Source: Felis catus | Taxonomy: Eukaryota | Assembly (NCBI RefSeq): GCF_018350175.1 | Contig: NC_058369.1 | Span: 18,788,001 to 18,848,000 of the forward strand | Direction: 5' to 3' | Length of the DNA stretch: 60,000 nucleotides | Shown here: positions 11,021-23,700 of the stretch, in pieces | Layout: every line of letters begins with the position of its first letter | How positions within the stretch are numbered: the first letter of the stretch is position 1 | Translations under genes and position numbers: made by a program | The notes under the pieces: model-generated | Told to the model about the DNA's origin: nothing | What the model saw: only the letters and a program-made list of their open reading frames with translations | The model's database searches: none

Positions 11021-13931
11021 TTGACATACACGACCTCAGACACAAGCGGGGCGGGCAGCGCTAGGTGTACAGAAAGGGGCCGCCGGGCCCCGAGCACCCT
11101 TCCCCCGCACGCAAGGTCCCAAGGAGACGCAGTGGCCCAGCCGTGGGCGGAGGCGAGAGTGGAAGAGGGTGCAGACCTGGGGCAGCTTGGGCAGGTTTAG
11201 GCAGCTTCCAGGAAAGTGGAGCAAAGAACGATTCCTAGAGACGAGGCCTTACGGTGCCCCGAGAAGCAAAGGAACCACGTCCTTCCCAGGGTGCTCCAAT
11301 TTTTCTCATTAAAACATGTTTTTAAATCAGCACAAACAAAACCAAATTGAACAGCTTTAAAGTTCCAAGCAATCTGCATCTAGGGGGCGTGCACGTGGCC
11401 AGATGTGCGCGAGTGAGCAGCGGCTACTGAATTAGCCCAGGGCTTTGGCCCCTGGGGAAACCCCCACACCCACTGCACAGGCCCCAATGTGAGGGGAGGG
11501 AGAGGTGGGGTCTCCTGCAAGTTGCTACACTGGTCCCCTTCCTCGTTAAGCACCACCGGTCCCACCCCACCCCCCCCAGCCCAGGGGGCTGGTGTTGACT
11601 TGGCCCAAGTAAGCACTATAGAGGGGGGTCACTTGAGCGCCCCAACCCATGATCCCGCGTTGTACTTTGGTCCCAAGTTGGGGTTTGGGAAGGCAGGGCC
11701 TGGCAGGGACAGGGCTCTCTGGCAAGGACCAGGGAGAGAGTAGAGGCAGAGAGAGAGCATGTGTGCACACACAAGCCCAACACCCACCAGGTAACAGAGC
11801 TGGGTCCCCCCAGTGTCAAAAGTGCCGAAAAGAGGGGTCCTGCCCTAAAGGAGAAGCAGCAAATCCCAGACCCTTCTGCTCTTTTTAGTGCCAGGAAAAC
11901 ACTGAAGATAAGTGGGTATAGCTCTCTCACTACGAAGAGAACGGGGCAGCATCTGCTCCCCCAAATACAGGAACTGAGGCGGCACAGCACATCCCCAGGC
12001 TGGAGAGTTTCAACTGAAGGGAGTCCCAAGCAGCCCCTGACTCTGTCTTGGCCTTTGCCCTGCCAGGAAACGACGGTCTGCACTAATGAAGAGCTACTAC
12101 CCCTATGGCTGAAGCCACAGAATGGTACAAGAAAGATGGTCATTATTGACCAGAAACAGGCAAGCTGTCCCTCCCAGCCCCAAGGAATGGGAACCTGCCC
12201 ACCACTGGCACCAGGATCAGAGGGCCGAGAGAGATGGGATCCATCAAGGAGCCCGTTTAAAATGTGTGAGGCTGCATCTCTAAGGACTAGGAAAGTAGTC
12301 CACCAGTTATCAAGGCTTCTCATATACAGACTGGCAGGCTTACCTTTAATGCCCAAACAAGGGCCATGCCAAAAATGACAATGACAGCGGCCCTAGGCCC
12401 AGAGGTGAGGGCACTAACCATGGCAATGGCTGAGTGCCGTGTCACCTCCTGGCCACATGTTAGAGGTGGCAGGTCTCTGTGCCATTAAGGGCTGGCGGCA
12501 AAAATTACTGAAACCACAAGAAGGGTTGCCCCTTGGGCCTTCACTGTACCACACTGTTGAGCAGGGCCACACTCCAGGCCTACAGACAAGGTGCTGGGCC
12601 AGCAGGGAAATACCTCATACAATTCATCTGCTACCAGTTCTTTGTAAAAAGGTAGCACCTGCTGACAACAGGCACAAGGGCCAAAGCTCACCTCAGAAAT
12701 GGAAAAGACTATTTTGCTGAGGAAAGCATGATGGAAATCAATATTTACTAATAAACAAGGCTACAGCCCAGGGGAAAGATCCCAAGTAACAAGGGCTGGC
12801 AGATGGAGAAATGGACAGACTGATGGATCCCAGGAATGATAAGACAAAACTCATTAGCAGAATCTGGGCACCTGCACCCAGGGCCCAAACAATGTCCCTA
12901 TGAGAAGACAAGCTTAAAAAAAGCTCTCCCTCCCACGACTGGAGCTCCTTACAATGGGCTGCTGCCTTGAGCTTAGCCTGGGGAAAGGTGACACCCTGAG
13001 CGGACCACAGCCCTTGAGCCCTGGGACGGGCAGCCCATCCAGAGGCAGCACAGCTGCCCAAGCTAGAGGAAGAGGACTCCCACCCATAGCCCAAGAACTG
13101 CAAATACTGTCTGGGCCAGAGCCACCAGAGGCCCTGGAGCCTGCTGGGACATTAACTCTCCTTGGCAAATACAGCAGGGACCCCTTCAGTGGGGCAGGAA
13201 GGGGTAGCCTCTTCAGGCAAGGGATCTTGGTGAGAAAGGCTGGCTGGGGTGTGCAGGCAGGAAGAGGAGCAGGCTCAAGTGCCAAAGAGTGCCTGGGAAT
13301 CCCATGGCCTACTCTCTGTCAAAAGCTGGCTTCAGCACAGCTTCATGAATCTAGCCTCACGCCAAGGTCAGAACTGAGAAGGACGGGTCCAGCTAAGTGC
13401 AATTGGCCCTGTGGTATCCTGGGGGCATCTGTTAAAGCACTGGCTGATGCCCACACCACCAGACTAGAAAGTCCCCAAGAGCTGGGCACCCAACCCTCTC
13501 CTTCTGAGGAACAAAGGATGAGTGAGCACAGAGGGACCCTGCACCAGCCCAGTGCTTCACCCTAAAACCTGCAGGGCCCTATAGCCACAGACCCCAAAGA
13601 CCTAGGCCAGAGAAACCAACGTCCAAGGGCACCCTGTCCCTGCTGCCAAGCCCATCCACCAAGGGCACCTCTTCCTTCCTAAGTCAGCCTGGACACAGCA
13701 GTCAGAACTGTAGAGCTAAAGAAGCCTGGCTGTGAGGATGTGTGTTGTGCCCTCCTTCACTTTATATATATGGATTCCAGGCTACAGCTAAAAACATTTC
13801 TTTTAGTTTACACCAAAGAGAAATATAACCCTTTAAAAGCAAGTCTGTGTGTCCTCACGGCGAGTTCAGTCAGAGCAATGGTCCCTGCCTGCGGGTGGAG
13901 AGGAAGGGGTTCTAGGGGCCCAGGGCGGGGC

Positions 13932-16900
13932 CTACTGGTTCTCGTCCCGCATCTGTTCCATGATGCTGATGAGGTTCTCCAGGCCGAACACATAGCCTCG
14001 GTCTGGCCCATCATGCACGGTGGGGTCATCCCGGAAGCCCTTGAACGTGCTATGTGCAAAGTCGATCATGCGGACATCCACCTTGGGTGGAGAGGAGGGG
14101 CCGGCCTCAGGGCTGGTGCTACTGGGGCTGGTGCTAGGGCCACAGAGTGGCGCCACCTCAGGGAGCCCAGTATCCAGGTGCTTGAGACGCATCTCGGCCC
14201 GGCGGTCCAGGAAGGACTCTGCCCGGCACTCCCTGCCATCGTAGATGACAAGCAGGGAGCTGGAATAGAAGCGGTAGGATGCCTGCCGCTCCAACACAGC
14301 TTTCAGGCCCCGCAGTTTGCTCAGGATGGGCTCAAAAAGGTCACGCCTCAGGTCCAGGCCATTGTGCAGGTACTGATAGAGGGCGTTGCGGAAGCCTTCA
14401 ATGGAGAGCCCGCGGCCATAGTACTTGTTCCTGCAGAGGTAGTGTCCTGTGTCCAGCTGGTATACCTGAAAGCCCAGGAGACAGAGGGGGTGAGCACCAG
14501 AAAGGTCTGATGACCGTATAGTGCCCTGGGCAGGTACTGTCAAAAGTACTTCTGACCAGCCTTAATCGTCCCAATGTCAAGGCAACAGGCTCTCACAGTG
14601 GCTCTGTGTCTGGAGCCCAAAGGTCATCAGGTAAGGCCGAGAGGGCTCAGGGAACATACCTATAAGGATGCACTCAGCATCCTGTGGGGCACTCACCCTC
14701 TCGGAGGAGATTCTGGACCACTGTGGGCCCGGAGGACACCTGGCATGGATAGCAGGCAGGCACATGTGCAACCCCAAACACGTGGGCGGCAGCAGCTAGG
14801 CTCTCACCAGGGCAACTCACCTGCATGCCACAGACCCTGACACCCAGTGTAGCTGACGTACTCTGCTCGCACTTCCTCATCTGCCGGGCCGCCTTCTCAG
14901 CTGATGCATCATCACCATGCTGCCGGGTGCCCATCTTCAGGTCCAGAACACAGGGGTACTTGAAGTGGTGCACCACGTTCTCAAGCAAGAGGAACTCTGG
15001 ACCACGTCAAGGAGAGTAACAGCCACACTCACCATCAGCCCCAACCATGAAACCACAACCAAGTTTTTCTATAAAAGGGGGCATTCTCTTTAAATGTAAT
15101 CTGTATTCACCTCACAAATTCTCAATTTGTGACCTATCAAATTATTGACAGGCACCACAGGCCTATCAATTATTTTCAAAAATGTTTCTACTGTGGCAAA
15201 ATACACATAACAAAATTTACCGTTTTAACTATTTTTTAAAAGTGTTTATTTAGTTTTGAGAGAGAGAGAGAGCACACACGTGCAGTAGCTGGGGAGAGGA
15301 AGAGAGAGATGGGGACAGGACCTGAAGCAGGCTCTGCACTGATTGCAGACAGCCCGACTCAGGGCTCGAACTCACAAACTGTGTGATCATGACCTGAGCC
15401 GGAGTTGAACGCCTAACCGACTAAGCCGCCCAGGCACTGCCCGCCCCCCCACCCCCGTGCCATTTTAACTACTTTTAACTGCACAGTTCAGTGGCATTAA
15501 GTACATTCACATTACTGTGCAACCACCATCACCCTTCATCTCTGGAACTTTTTTATGTTCCCAAACAGAAACCAGAAATTGTACCCACTACACACACTCC
15601 CATTCCTCTTCACATCCCCATGTCTGGGAACTGCCATTCCAGTTTCTGTCTCTATGAGTATGCCTACTCTAGATACTTCATATTTGTCTTTTTGTGTCTG
15701 GCTGTTTCAGAGCAAAATGTTTTCAAGTTTTAACCATGCTGTAGCATGTGACAAAATTTCATTCCTTTTTTATGGCTGAATAATTTTCCACGGTATGGAT
15801 CTATGACAATCTGCTGATACCATCACATTTATTTTATTCTACTTTACTCTGTCTGGTAGGCATACACAAACTAAAGAAGGTCTGCCAGATTCACATGCAT
15901 TCCTGGCACCGTAAGTAAACCAAGGCCCTGCTCAAGCCATACCACATCCAGGCCTAAAAGAAATAGGGAAGACATCTTCACAGCACTATCACAAACATGA
16001 GAAATCAGGTTTACCACTTCCAAACAGGAATCTTAGGAAAAGATGGATTTAAATTTCTACCCTGTCAGGGCACTTGGGTAGCTCAGATAAGCGTCCGACT
16101 TCGGCTCAGGTCACAATCTCACAGTTCTTGAGTTCAAGCCCCACATTAGGCTGTGCACTGACAGTGCGGAGCCTGCTTGGGATTCTCTCCCTCTCCCTCT
16201 GCACCCTCCCACACTCTTCTATCTCAAAATAAATTAAAAAAAAAAAAAACTTTAAATAAGTAAATAAATAATACATTTCTATCCTGCCATTTACTGACTA
16301 AACTTCAAACCAGTGGACTATATACTTCAGCTTGTCCCTTAGTACTTTTAGGACCTTCTGCTCAAAATGCCTCTATGGTCCTGGGCGGCTGGTATTTATA
16401 CCCATGTCCTCATTTAAATCTGTGGTCTGCAACCACCCTGGATAAAGGTACACAGGCTAGTCACAAGGCTGCCAAAAGTCATCAGGGCCCAAGCCTGGAC
16501 CTCAGTTCCATACTGGAGGACCATGAAGCAACCACAGTCTTGGATGATAACATACTTGGCATTGCTGGATGATGCACATATTAACATCTCCTAATTCTTT
16601 AAAGAAGATCTACTAGAAAACCATTAAATTTGGCTATTAATTTCATCATCTGCAATAACTTATAAACAAATGACAATAAAACTTAAAAAGGGCTGCAGAA
16701 ATATCTCACAGTGCCCGAGAGCATGGGCTCTTGAATCTTGCTTTGGCCTCTCATGGGCCTGGGCACAACACTTAACCCCCTTGGGCTTCCATCTCCTTAT
16801 CTTTATTTATTAAAAAAAAAATTTTAATGTTTATTTTTGAGAGAGAGAGACACAGAGTGTGAGCAGGGGAGGGGCAGAGAGAGAGGGAAACACAGAATTC

Positions 16901-19900
16901 GAAGCAGGCTCCAGGCTCTGAACCGTCAGCACAGATGCGGGGCTCGAACTCACAAACCGTGAGGTCATGACCTGAGCCGAAGTCGGATGCTCAACCGACC
17001 GAGCCACCCAGGCGCCCAGCCATCTCCTCATCTTTAAACTAGCATCATAACATTTTCTCCTTCAAATGACTGTTACGAAAACTGAGTAAACAGGCCTCAA
17101 CACATTCCCCTCAGTTTCTCAGTAAGTATTAGTCATTTACTGCCTACTGCTTCAGATAGTAACTGACCAGCAGAATTCCCATTTTGTAATATTTCTTTGC
17201 GTTTACCATCTTAAAGACTATCATACGCTGTTCAGGTATGGTGTTTCTCTTTGGACAAAAAAAAAAGTACCACTTTGTAATTATTATCTTTTGGGAGTGG
17301 AGAAATGTATGTGTGCATATGCACGTGTGCACACAAACGCAGATCCCTGATTCTAGACCTGCACTGACAAATCTGGTAGCCACTAGCCACATCTGGCAAT
17401 TTGAATTTAAGTGAGTATAAAATTCTGTAACTCAGGCACAGCAGCCACATTTTGGTTACTCAGTATGGCCAGTGGCTGCCATACTAAACACAGATACAGA
17501 TACTTCCATGGTCTCAGAAAGTTCTACCAAACAGCACTCTTCTAGACTGCCAAGTTGAAGCTTCAGGCTTACCAGCCCCAAAAGGCAGAAAAAAACATGT
17601 CAATAAAACAAAGAATGACAGGGGTGCCTGGGTGGCTCAGTCAGTTGGGCATCCAACTCTTGGTTTTGGCTCAGGCCGTGATCTCACGGTCTGTGAATTC
17701 AAGCCCCGAGTCCAGCTCTCACTGGCAGTGCAGAGCCTGCTTGGGACTCTCTCTCCATCTCTGCCCCTCCCCAACGTGTGCTTGCTCTCTCTCTCTCAGA
17801 ATAAATAAACTTAAAAAAAAAAAAAAAAAAAAAAAAAGAACGACAAAGAGCCTATGAAAAAGGGAGATGAGAACAAGTGGGGCTCCTGAACAGAGAGGGC
17901 CCTGGCCATGGTACTAGAAGGTATCCTGACACAGGAGCTACCCACGGTCGCAGCAAGGAACACCGCTGAAGTAGTAACAAGGATACTGTACAGCTTTCGG
18001 TCCTTGGACTCCGAGCGCATGCGGCTCAGCTGCTGCTTGTGACAGCGCAGACTCCAGGGGTTATGGCTGATCTTCTCAGAACTCAGACCGCTGTTGCCAT
18101 CCAGCATCTGGAAAGGGACGTCTGAGTGGCTGTGGAGCTCCACCTTCGGACTCTTTGCCTCCTGGGAGCTAAGAAGGAAGAACATAACACATTGCTGAAG
18201 GGGCTCAGACGAGTCACCCTCTGGGGTCTCAGTGCAAAGGGTGAAGGAGACCTGGATCAGACCTAATCTGCCACCCTGGTGGCACCAGACCCTGGTGACG
18301 GGTGACACAGGGACCCCAGATGCAAGAGTGCATAAAAGTGAGCAATAAGTAGTGTTTATACTTGTGTCTCTGAAAACTGTCTGAAAAATAACTCTTTGCA
18401 CCAAATTACGTGATGAAGATACCACTCCGGATCCATTAGGAAGGCTATCACAAAAATAAACCAGAACAAGTGCTGTAGAGGATGTGGAGAAACTGGAACC
18501 CTCAAATATTGCTGGAGAGCATGTAAAATAGTATAACCGCTATGAAAAAGTCTGGCGGTTCCTCAAAAAGTTAAACGTACAATTATCATATATGACCCAG
18601 CAATTGCACTCTTTGGTATATACCTGAAAGAACTGAAAACAGAACTCAAATAGAAACTACACAAATATTTGCAGCATCATTACAATAAATAAGAGGTGAA
18701 GCAACCCAAGTGTCCATCAGCGGATAAATGGATAAACAAAACATGGTGTGCCCATACAATGGAGTGTCATTCAGCAATAAAAGGAATGGAATTCTGACGC
18801 ATGGTATAACCTGGATGAACCCTGAAACATCCTGCTAAAGTGAAATAAGCCATACACAAAAGGAGAAATGCTGTATGATTCCACTCATCTGAGGGAACTG
18901 CACATTCACAGAAACAGAAAATAGAAAGGCAGTTGCCAGGGGCTGGGGGGAAGGGGAATGGAGAGTTATTTAACAGGTGTGGAGCTTCTGGCAGAGATAA
19001 AAAGGAGTTCTGAGAACGGACAGTAGTGATCGCTGCACAACAGTGTGAATGTACTTAATACTACTGAACTATACACTGAAAAAAAGGTGAAAATGATACG
19101 TTGTTAGATGTACTTTACAATTTAAAAAAATACAAAAATTGACAAACGTGCAGTCACACACATAACAAATATAGGGTGGAGCACGAGACACCACTGTCAA
19201 GAACACGAGTAACTATCATATTTCTGTCCACATCTACAACCAAATTTTTAATAAGATCTAAAGAAAGCATATGCTGACATTATACGCTTATGAATGTCTG
19301 TCTGCTTGTGTATCAACCTGGAAGAAAGAGGAAAACATCAAAGAAAAAAAGGCAGGATAGGCCCCAAAGAAACTTTCTCAGTGGACAAAGTTTGTGCCTG
19401 TGGAAGTCATGAAGCCATTTCAGTAAGGGGATTTTATTTCTAAAATAAGTCAAACCACAAAGGGGTTTTATTGAGAAGGTGACTCCAACTGAAAATATTA
19501 GGACTTTACTACCACCAACACAAAAATCTTTGAAGTAACTTGCAATGTTCCTTCACCATGCCAAGCCAAGCCAAGCCAAGCACTGGAGAAGCCATGTGCG
19601 CTGCAAACGGCAGAGCAAGCCTGCAGCTCCGAGCAGAGGCAGAGCACTGCAGCAATATCAAATGCCACCGTCCTCCCCAGAACTTCTGGCCTCTCCTTTA
19701 ACTGTAGATGGAGTAAGTCATGCAGAGTTGAGCCAGCCACTAGGGCTGGTGTGTACCAGAAATTGCTGACATTCCCCTGCAGGGTGATTGGACAGACTGG
19801 GTGAAATGGCTGAGAGACATGGGCAGAGATCCCTTTCCCCTTTAACTGAACGTATAGGAGCCACCAATGCCTCTCAGCGTCAGAAAACTCTCATTTTCTT

Positions 19901-20693
19901 CTGGTGAGGGCATGGCTAAGGCCATTCATGGATGCTTTCTTTGTGATCCTCTTTAAGAAACAATAAGGCGGGGCGCCTGGGTGGCGCAGTCGGTTAAGCG
20001 CCCGACTTCAGCCAGGTCACGATCTCGCGGTCCTTGAGTTTGAGCCCCGCGTCGGGCTCTGGGCTGATGGCTCAGAGCCTGGAGCCTGTTTCCGATTCTG
20101 TATCTCCCTCTCTCTCTGACCCTCCCCCGTTTAAGCTCTGTCTCTCTCTGTCCCAAAAATAAATAAACGTTGAAAAAAAAAAAATTAAAAAAAAAAAAAA
20201 AAAAAGGAAACAATAAGGCTTACTCATCTGCCAAGTAAACCCAAATAAGTCCTCTGTGCCCGCACGGGGCACCCATTCCTCCTGGCATTACCCTTGGTAT
20301 TGTAGCTCTGGCCCTGGTGAAGAATAAGCTGCATTCCTAGAAGTGACTTAGTGCCTCTGAGAACGGGCCAGAGGTCTGGTCACTGCACACAGAGCTGTCA
20401 CTTTCAGAGCAGAGCCTTGAACCTGGACATGGGTAGACTTTGATGTTATTCTGTGTTCATTGGCTTTTCACCAGATGACTCGAGAAGCAATTTCTGTACC
20501 TTTGGCGGACCAAAGAAAGCCCACTCTAAAGAGCTTTTGAGAGAAAGGCTTCAATGCCAGCTATGGGCTTGAGGACTTGGGGAACATTCCTTGTCACATG
20601 AATGACTAAGCTTAGGTCCCACAATCATCAGTGAAGAGGAAGCCCCTTGGGGAATGAACAAGAAGCCCTGAAGAAGTGCTTCTGCAGACCAGT

Positions 20694-20758
<65 letters not shown>

Positions 20759-23700
20759 ATATTACTCTATCAAAAAGAATGAAATCCTGCCATTTGCGAT
20801 GACATGGATAGAGCTAGAATGTATTATACTAAGTAAAATAAGTCAATGAGAGAAAGACAAATACAATATGATTTCACTCACATGTGGAATTTAAGAAACA
20901 AAACAGGTGAACGTAAGGGAAGAGGGGGGAGACAAGAGAGGGAAACTAACCACAAGAGAAACTTGATGATAGAGAACAAACTGAAGATTGATGGGCGGGG
21001 GCATGGGCTAGATGAGTGAGGGCACCTGTTATGATGAGCACTGGGTGTTGTAAGTGATGAATCACTGAAGTCTACTCCTGAAACCAATATTGCACTGTAT
21101 GTTAAATAACTAAAATCTAAATTAAAAAAAAAAAAAGCTTAACTCCTGGAGACCCTGCTTACTCAGAGTGAAGGCCTCTCCTCTCCAGAAATGCAGATCT
21201 GGCCCAGAGAGGAAACATCACACACTCAGCCAGAGTCTCGTGGGGTTCTGTGCGCCTCGATGTGAGTGTGTCCTCTTCCATCAATGGGAGTAAGGAGAGC
21301 CGGAACACTCTGGGCTCTTACTGCTTCAGGAACTAGGGTGCACAGCACGTGTTGCTCAACTGACCTGATGTCAGAGATAAACTAATGTGCTGCCACATGC
21401 ATATAAGAAAAGTCCCAAATCTAACTTCTAAGTTGAGGCACAGATCTTATTCACTGAAACTTATTTTTAAGTGAAGTTAAATATACTTTAAAAAAAGGGT
21501 TTTTTTTCAAGTAATCTCTATACCTAGTAACATGGGGCTCGAACTCACAATCCAGAGATCAAGAGTCGCATGCTCCACCCACTCAGCCAGACAGGTGCCC
21601 CCAAATTAAATATAAAGTAATTTAGTCATAGAATTTTGATTTTACCTTGTTTCAGGAAGCTCACATTATTTTTAGCTTACGTTAGTTTTACTAAAAATTT
21701 TTTTTTTTTAAACAACTCAGTGGTTTCTTTAGTATATTTATAAGGTTATAAAACTTCACCACTGTCTAATTTTTAGGACACTTTCATTACCCCCAAAACA
21801 AACACTATCACCATTAGCAGTCACTTCCTATCCTCCTCTCCCCCTCAGCCCCTGGTATACCTTAACTTGGCTTCCTGTCTCATGCACTTGCCTATTCTGA
21901 ACATTTTCTATATATGGAATAACATGTGTTTTTTTGTGACTGACTTCTTTCACTCAGCACTTTAGTTTTTAAAGTTCATCCCTGTCGTGGCTCATATGAG
22001 CATTCCATTCCTTTTTATCACTGGATAATATTCTATTATATGGATACACCACATTTATTTATCCATTCATTAGCTGATGGACACAGTTGTTTTCATTTTT
22101 TGGCTGTTAGGAATAATTCAACTATAAACATCTGTTTACAAGTTTTGTGTCTGAATGTATTTTTCCAATTCTCTTGGTAAATACTCCTATTCCTAGGAGT
22201 AGCATTGATGGGGTTAGCTTTCTGAAGAATAATTATTTTTCCAGAGTGGCTGCACTATTTTACATTCCCATCAGCAAGTTAAGAGGGTTCCAATTTCTCT
22301 AAATCTTCATCAACACTTTTATTGTCTGTCCTTTTGATGAGAGCTACCCTATGAGAGTTCACATTTCTTGCATAAAATATCAAGAGAGACAATGCTTTAT
22401 ACACTATTTTCCTAATCTACAAGAAAAATAATTTCCAATGCAATAAACTAAATTTTAGTTGCAGGGAAAGGGTTAACAGCTGACCTCATAGAGGTCAAAG
22501 AACCTTGTACAGAACCCTTAAAGAACACTGGTCTGGATGGCCTCTCACTGCGCTTGGGCAGTCCTACAGGTCTGAAAGCAGGTGCAACCTCACCGTGGAC
22601 CAAGGCATTTCGACCTTATGTGTGAGACACAACAAAGCTGGAGAGCACAGAGCATGGGGAGTCCTTGCTTCTGAAGGGCTGAGATCTTCACCATCACTCT
22701 CTCTTGACCAGCTACATCCATACACAGAAGGCAGCATCACTGGGGTGATGTGACACACTCAGGTGGTAGCCAAAGAATACCAGCCATCTTTCCCCAAGCT
22801 TGGGCCCTACTTCCCCATGTGTCAGGACTCTAGAGAGGTCTTGAGTGTTTGTAATGCCAGGACCAGTCATGCACCTTCACCCTGCTCACCACCCCCTTAC
22901 CTCTCAGAGGTTTCAAGGGACAGGCTGGCTTTCTCTTCCTTGTGGTCACTGCCACTGCCTGACCGGTGCAGGCTCCGGCGGGAGTGTTTGCGCCGAGGTT
23001 GCTCCCGCTCTGGTGTGTCATCCTGCTCCACAGTCTCACTTTCCACATAAGGGTAGGCCACCAAGTTGATGTAACCATCACTGTCTCCCTCAAAACAGAC
23101 AGACACCACGCCTGTTGAAAAAAAGGCAGCCAGTCAACAAATGTCTACACAGGCTGGGTCTATGCAGCACAGACTGCTGGCACTTGCCATCTCACAGCAC
23201 ATCACCTGCCATGAACCAACTGAAGATCAATGTAGGAACAATGACCAACAGACCTCTTTCCAGAAGACAGCTGACCACTCACCCCAGTTCTAAGTCTGCT
23301 ACTTAACCTCTGATCGGGGGTTAATCTCTGTTTATTTCCCACTCTCCTCTGCAGCCCTCTGATTTTCAACGACTGACTCCTGTACCATTCAAAAGAACTG
23401 TGTTCACTGGAGACACCCACACCTAACATGATTTAACCCTCTACTTATACAACTGCTCTGTGATACTGCCATTCCCTGTGTCATTTTCTTGCTCTGTTTC
23501 TCTCTGCCTGGCAGTCACCTAGAGACAAGACTTCTTCCAGCAAAACAGTCCCAAAAAGAAGTCTTCTGCCCACACTAAGCATCAGGCGATTCTAACCTCA
23601 CCAGACAGAACTTCTGCCTCACCAAACCACCAGCATTCCTAAGTTGACAACTTTCTACCCTCCATGCTGTACTCAGGCAAAACAGCTTACCGTGTCCATT

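Larger units (their letters stand above)
14997..17986 (-). other. IP6K1: U12-type (minor spliceosome) GT-AG intron of IP6K1
   Basis: 5' splice site GTATCCTT (17986-17979); branch site TCCTTGAC (15013-15006) close to the CAG acceptor, with no polypyrimidine tract between them. Confidence 0.9.

Noticed and set aside
11616..13565. ORFs of 203-246 aa on both strands (11616-12356, 11761-12378, 12954-13565)
   Set aside because: Lie within the IP6K1 3' UTR; no recognisable homology; expected by chance at this GC content
13740..14510. 256-aa + strand ORF
   Set aside because: Antisense mirror of the last IP6K1 coding exon
18269..18286. Near-palindrome tgccaccctggtggca resembling a CTCF site
   Set aside because: One base too long for the CTCF core spacing; no other support
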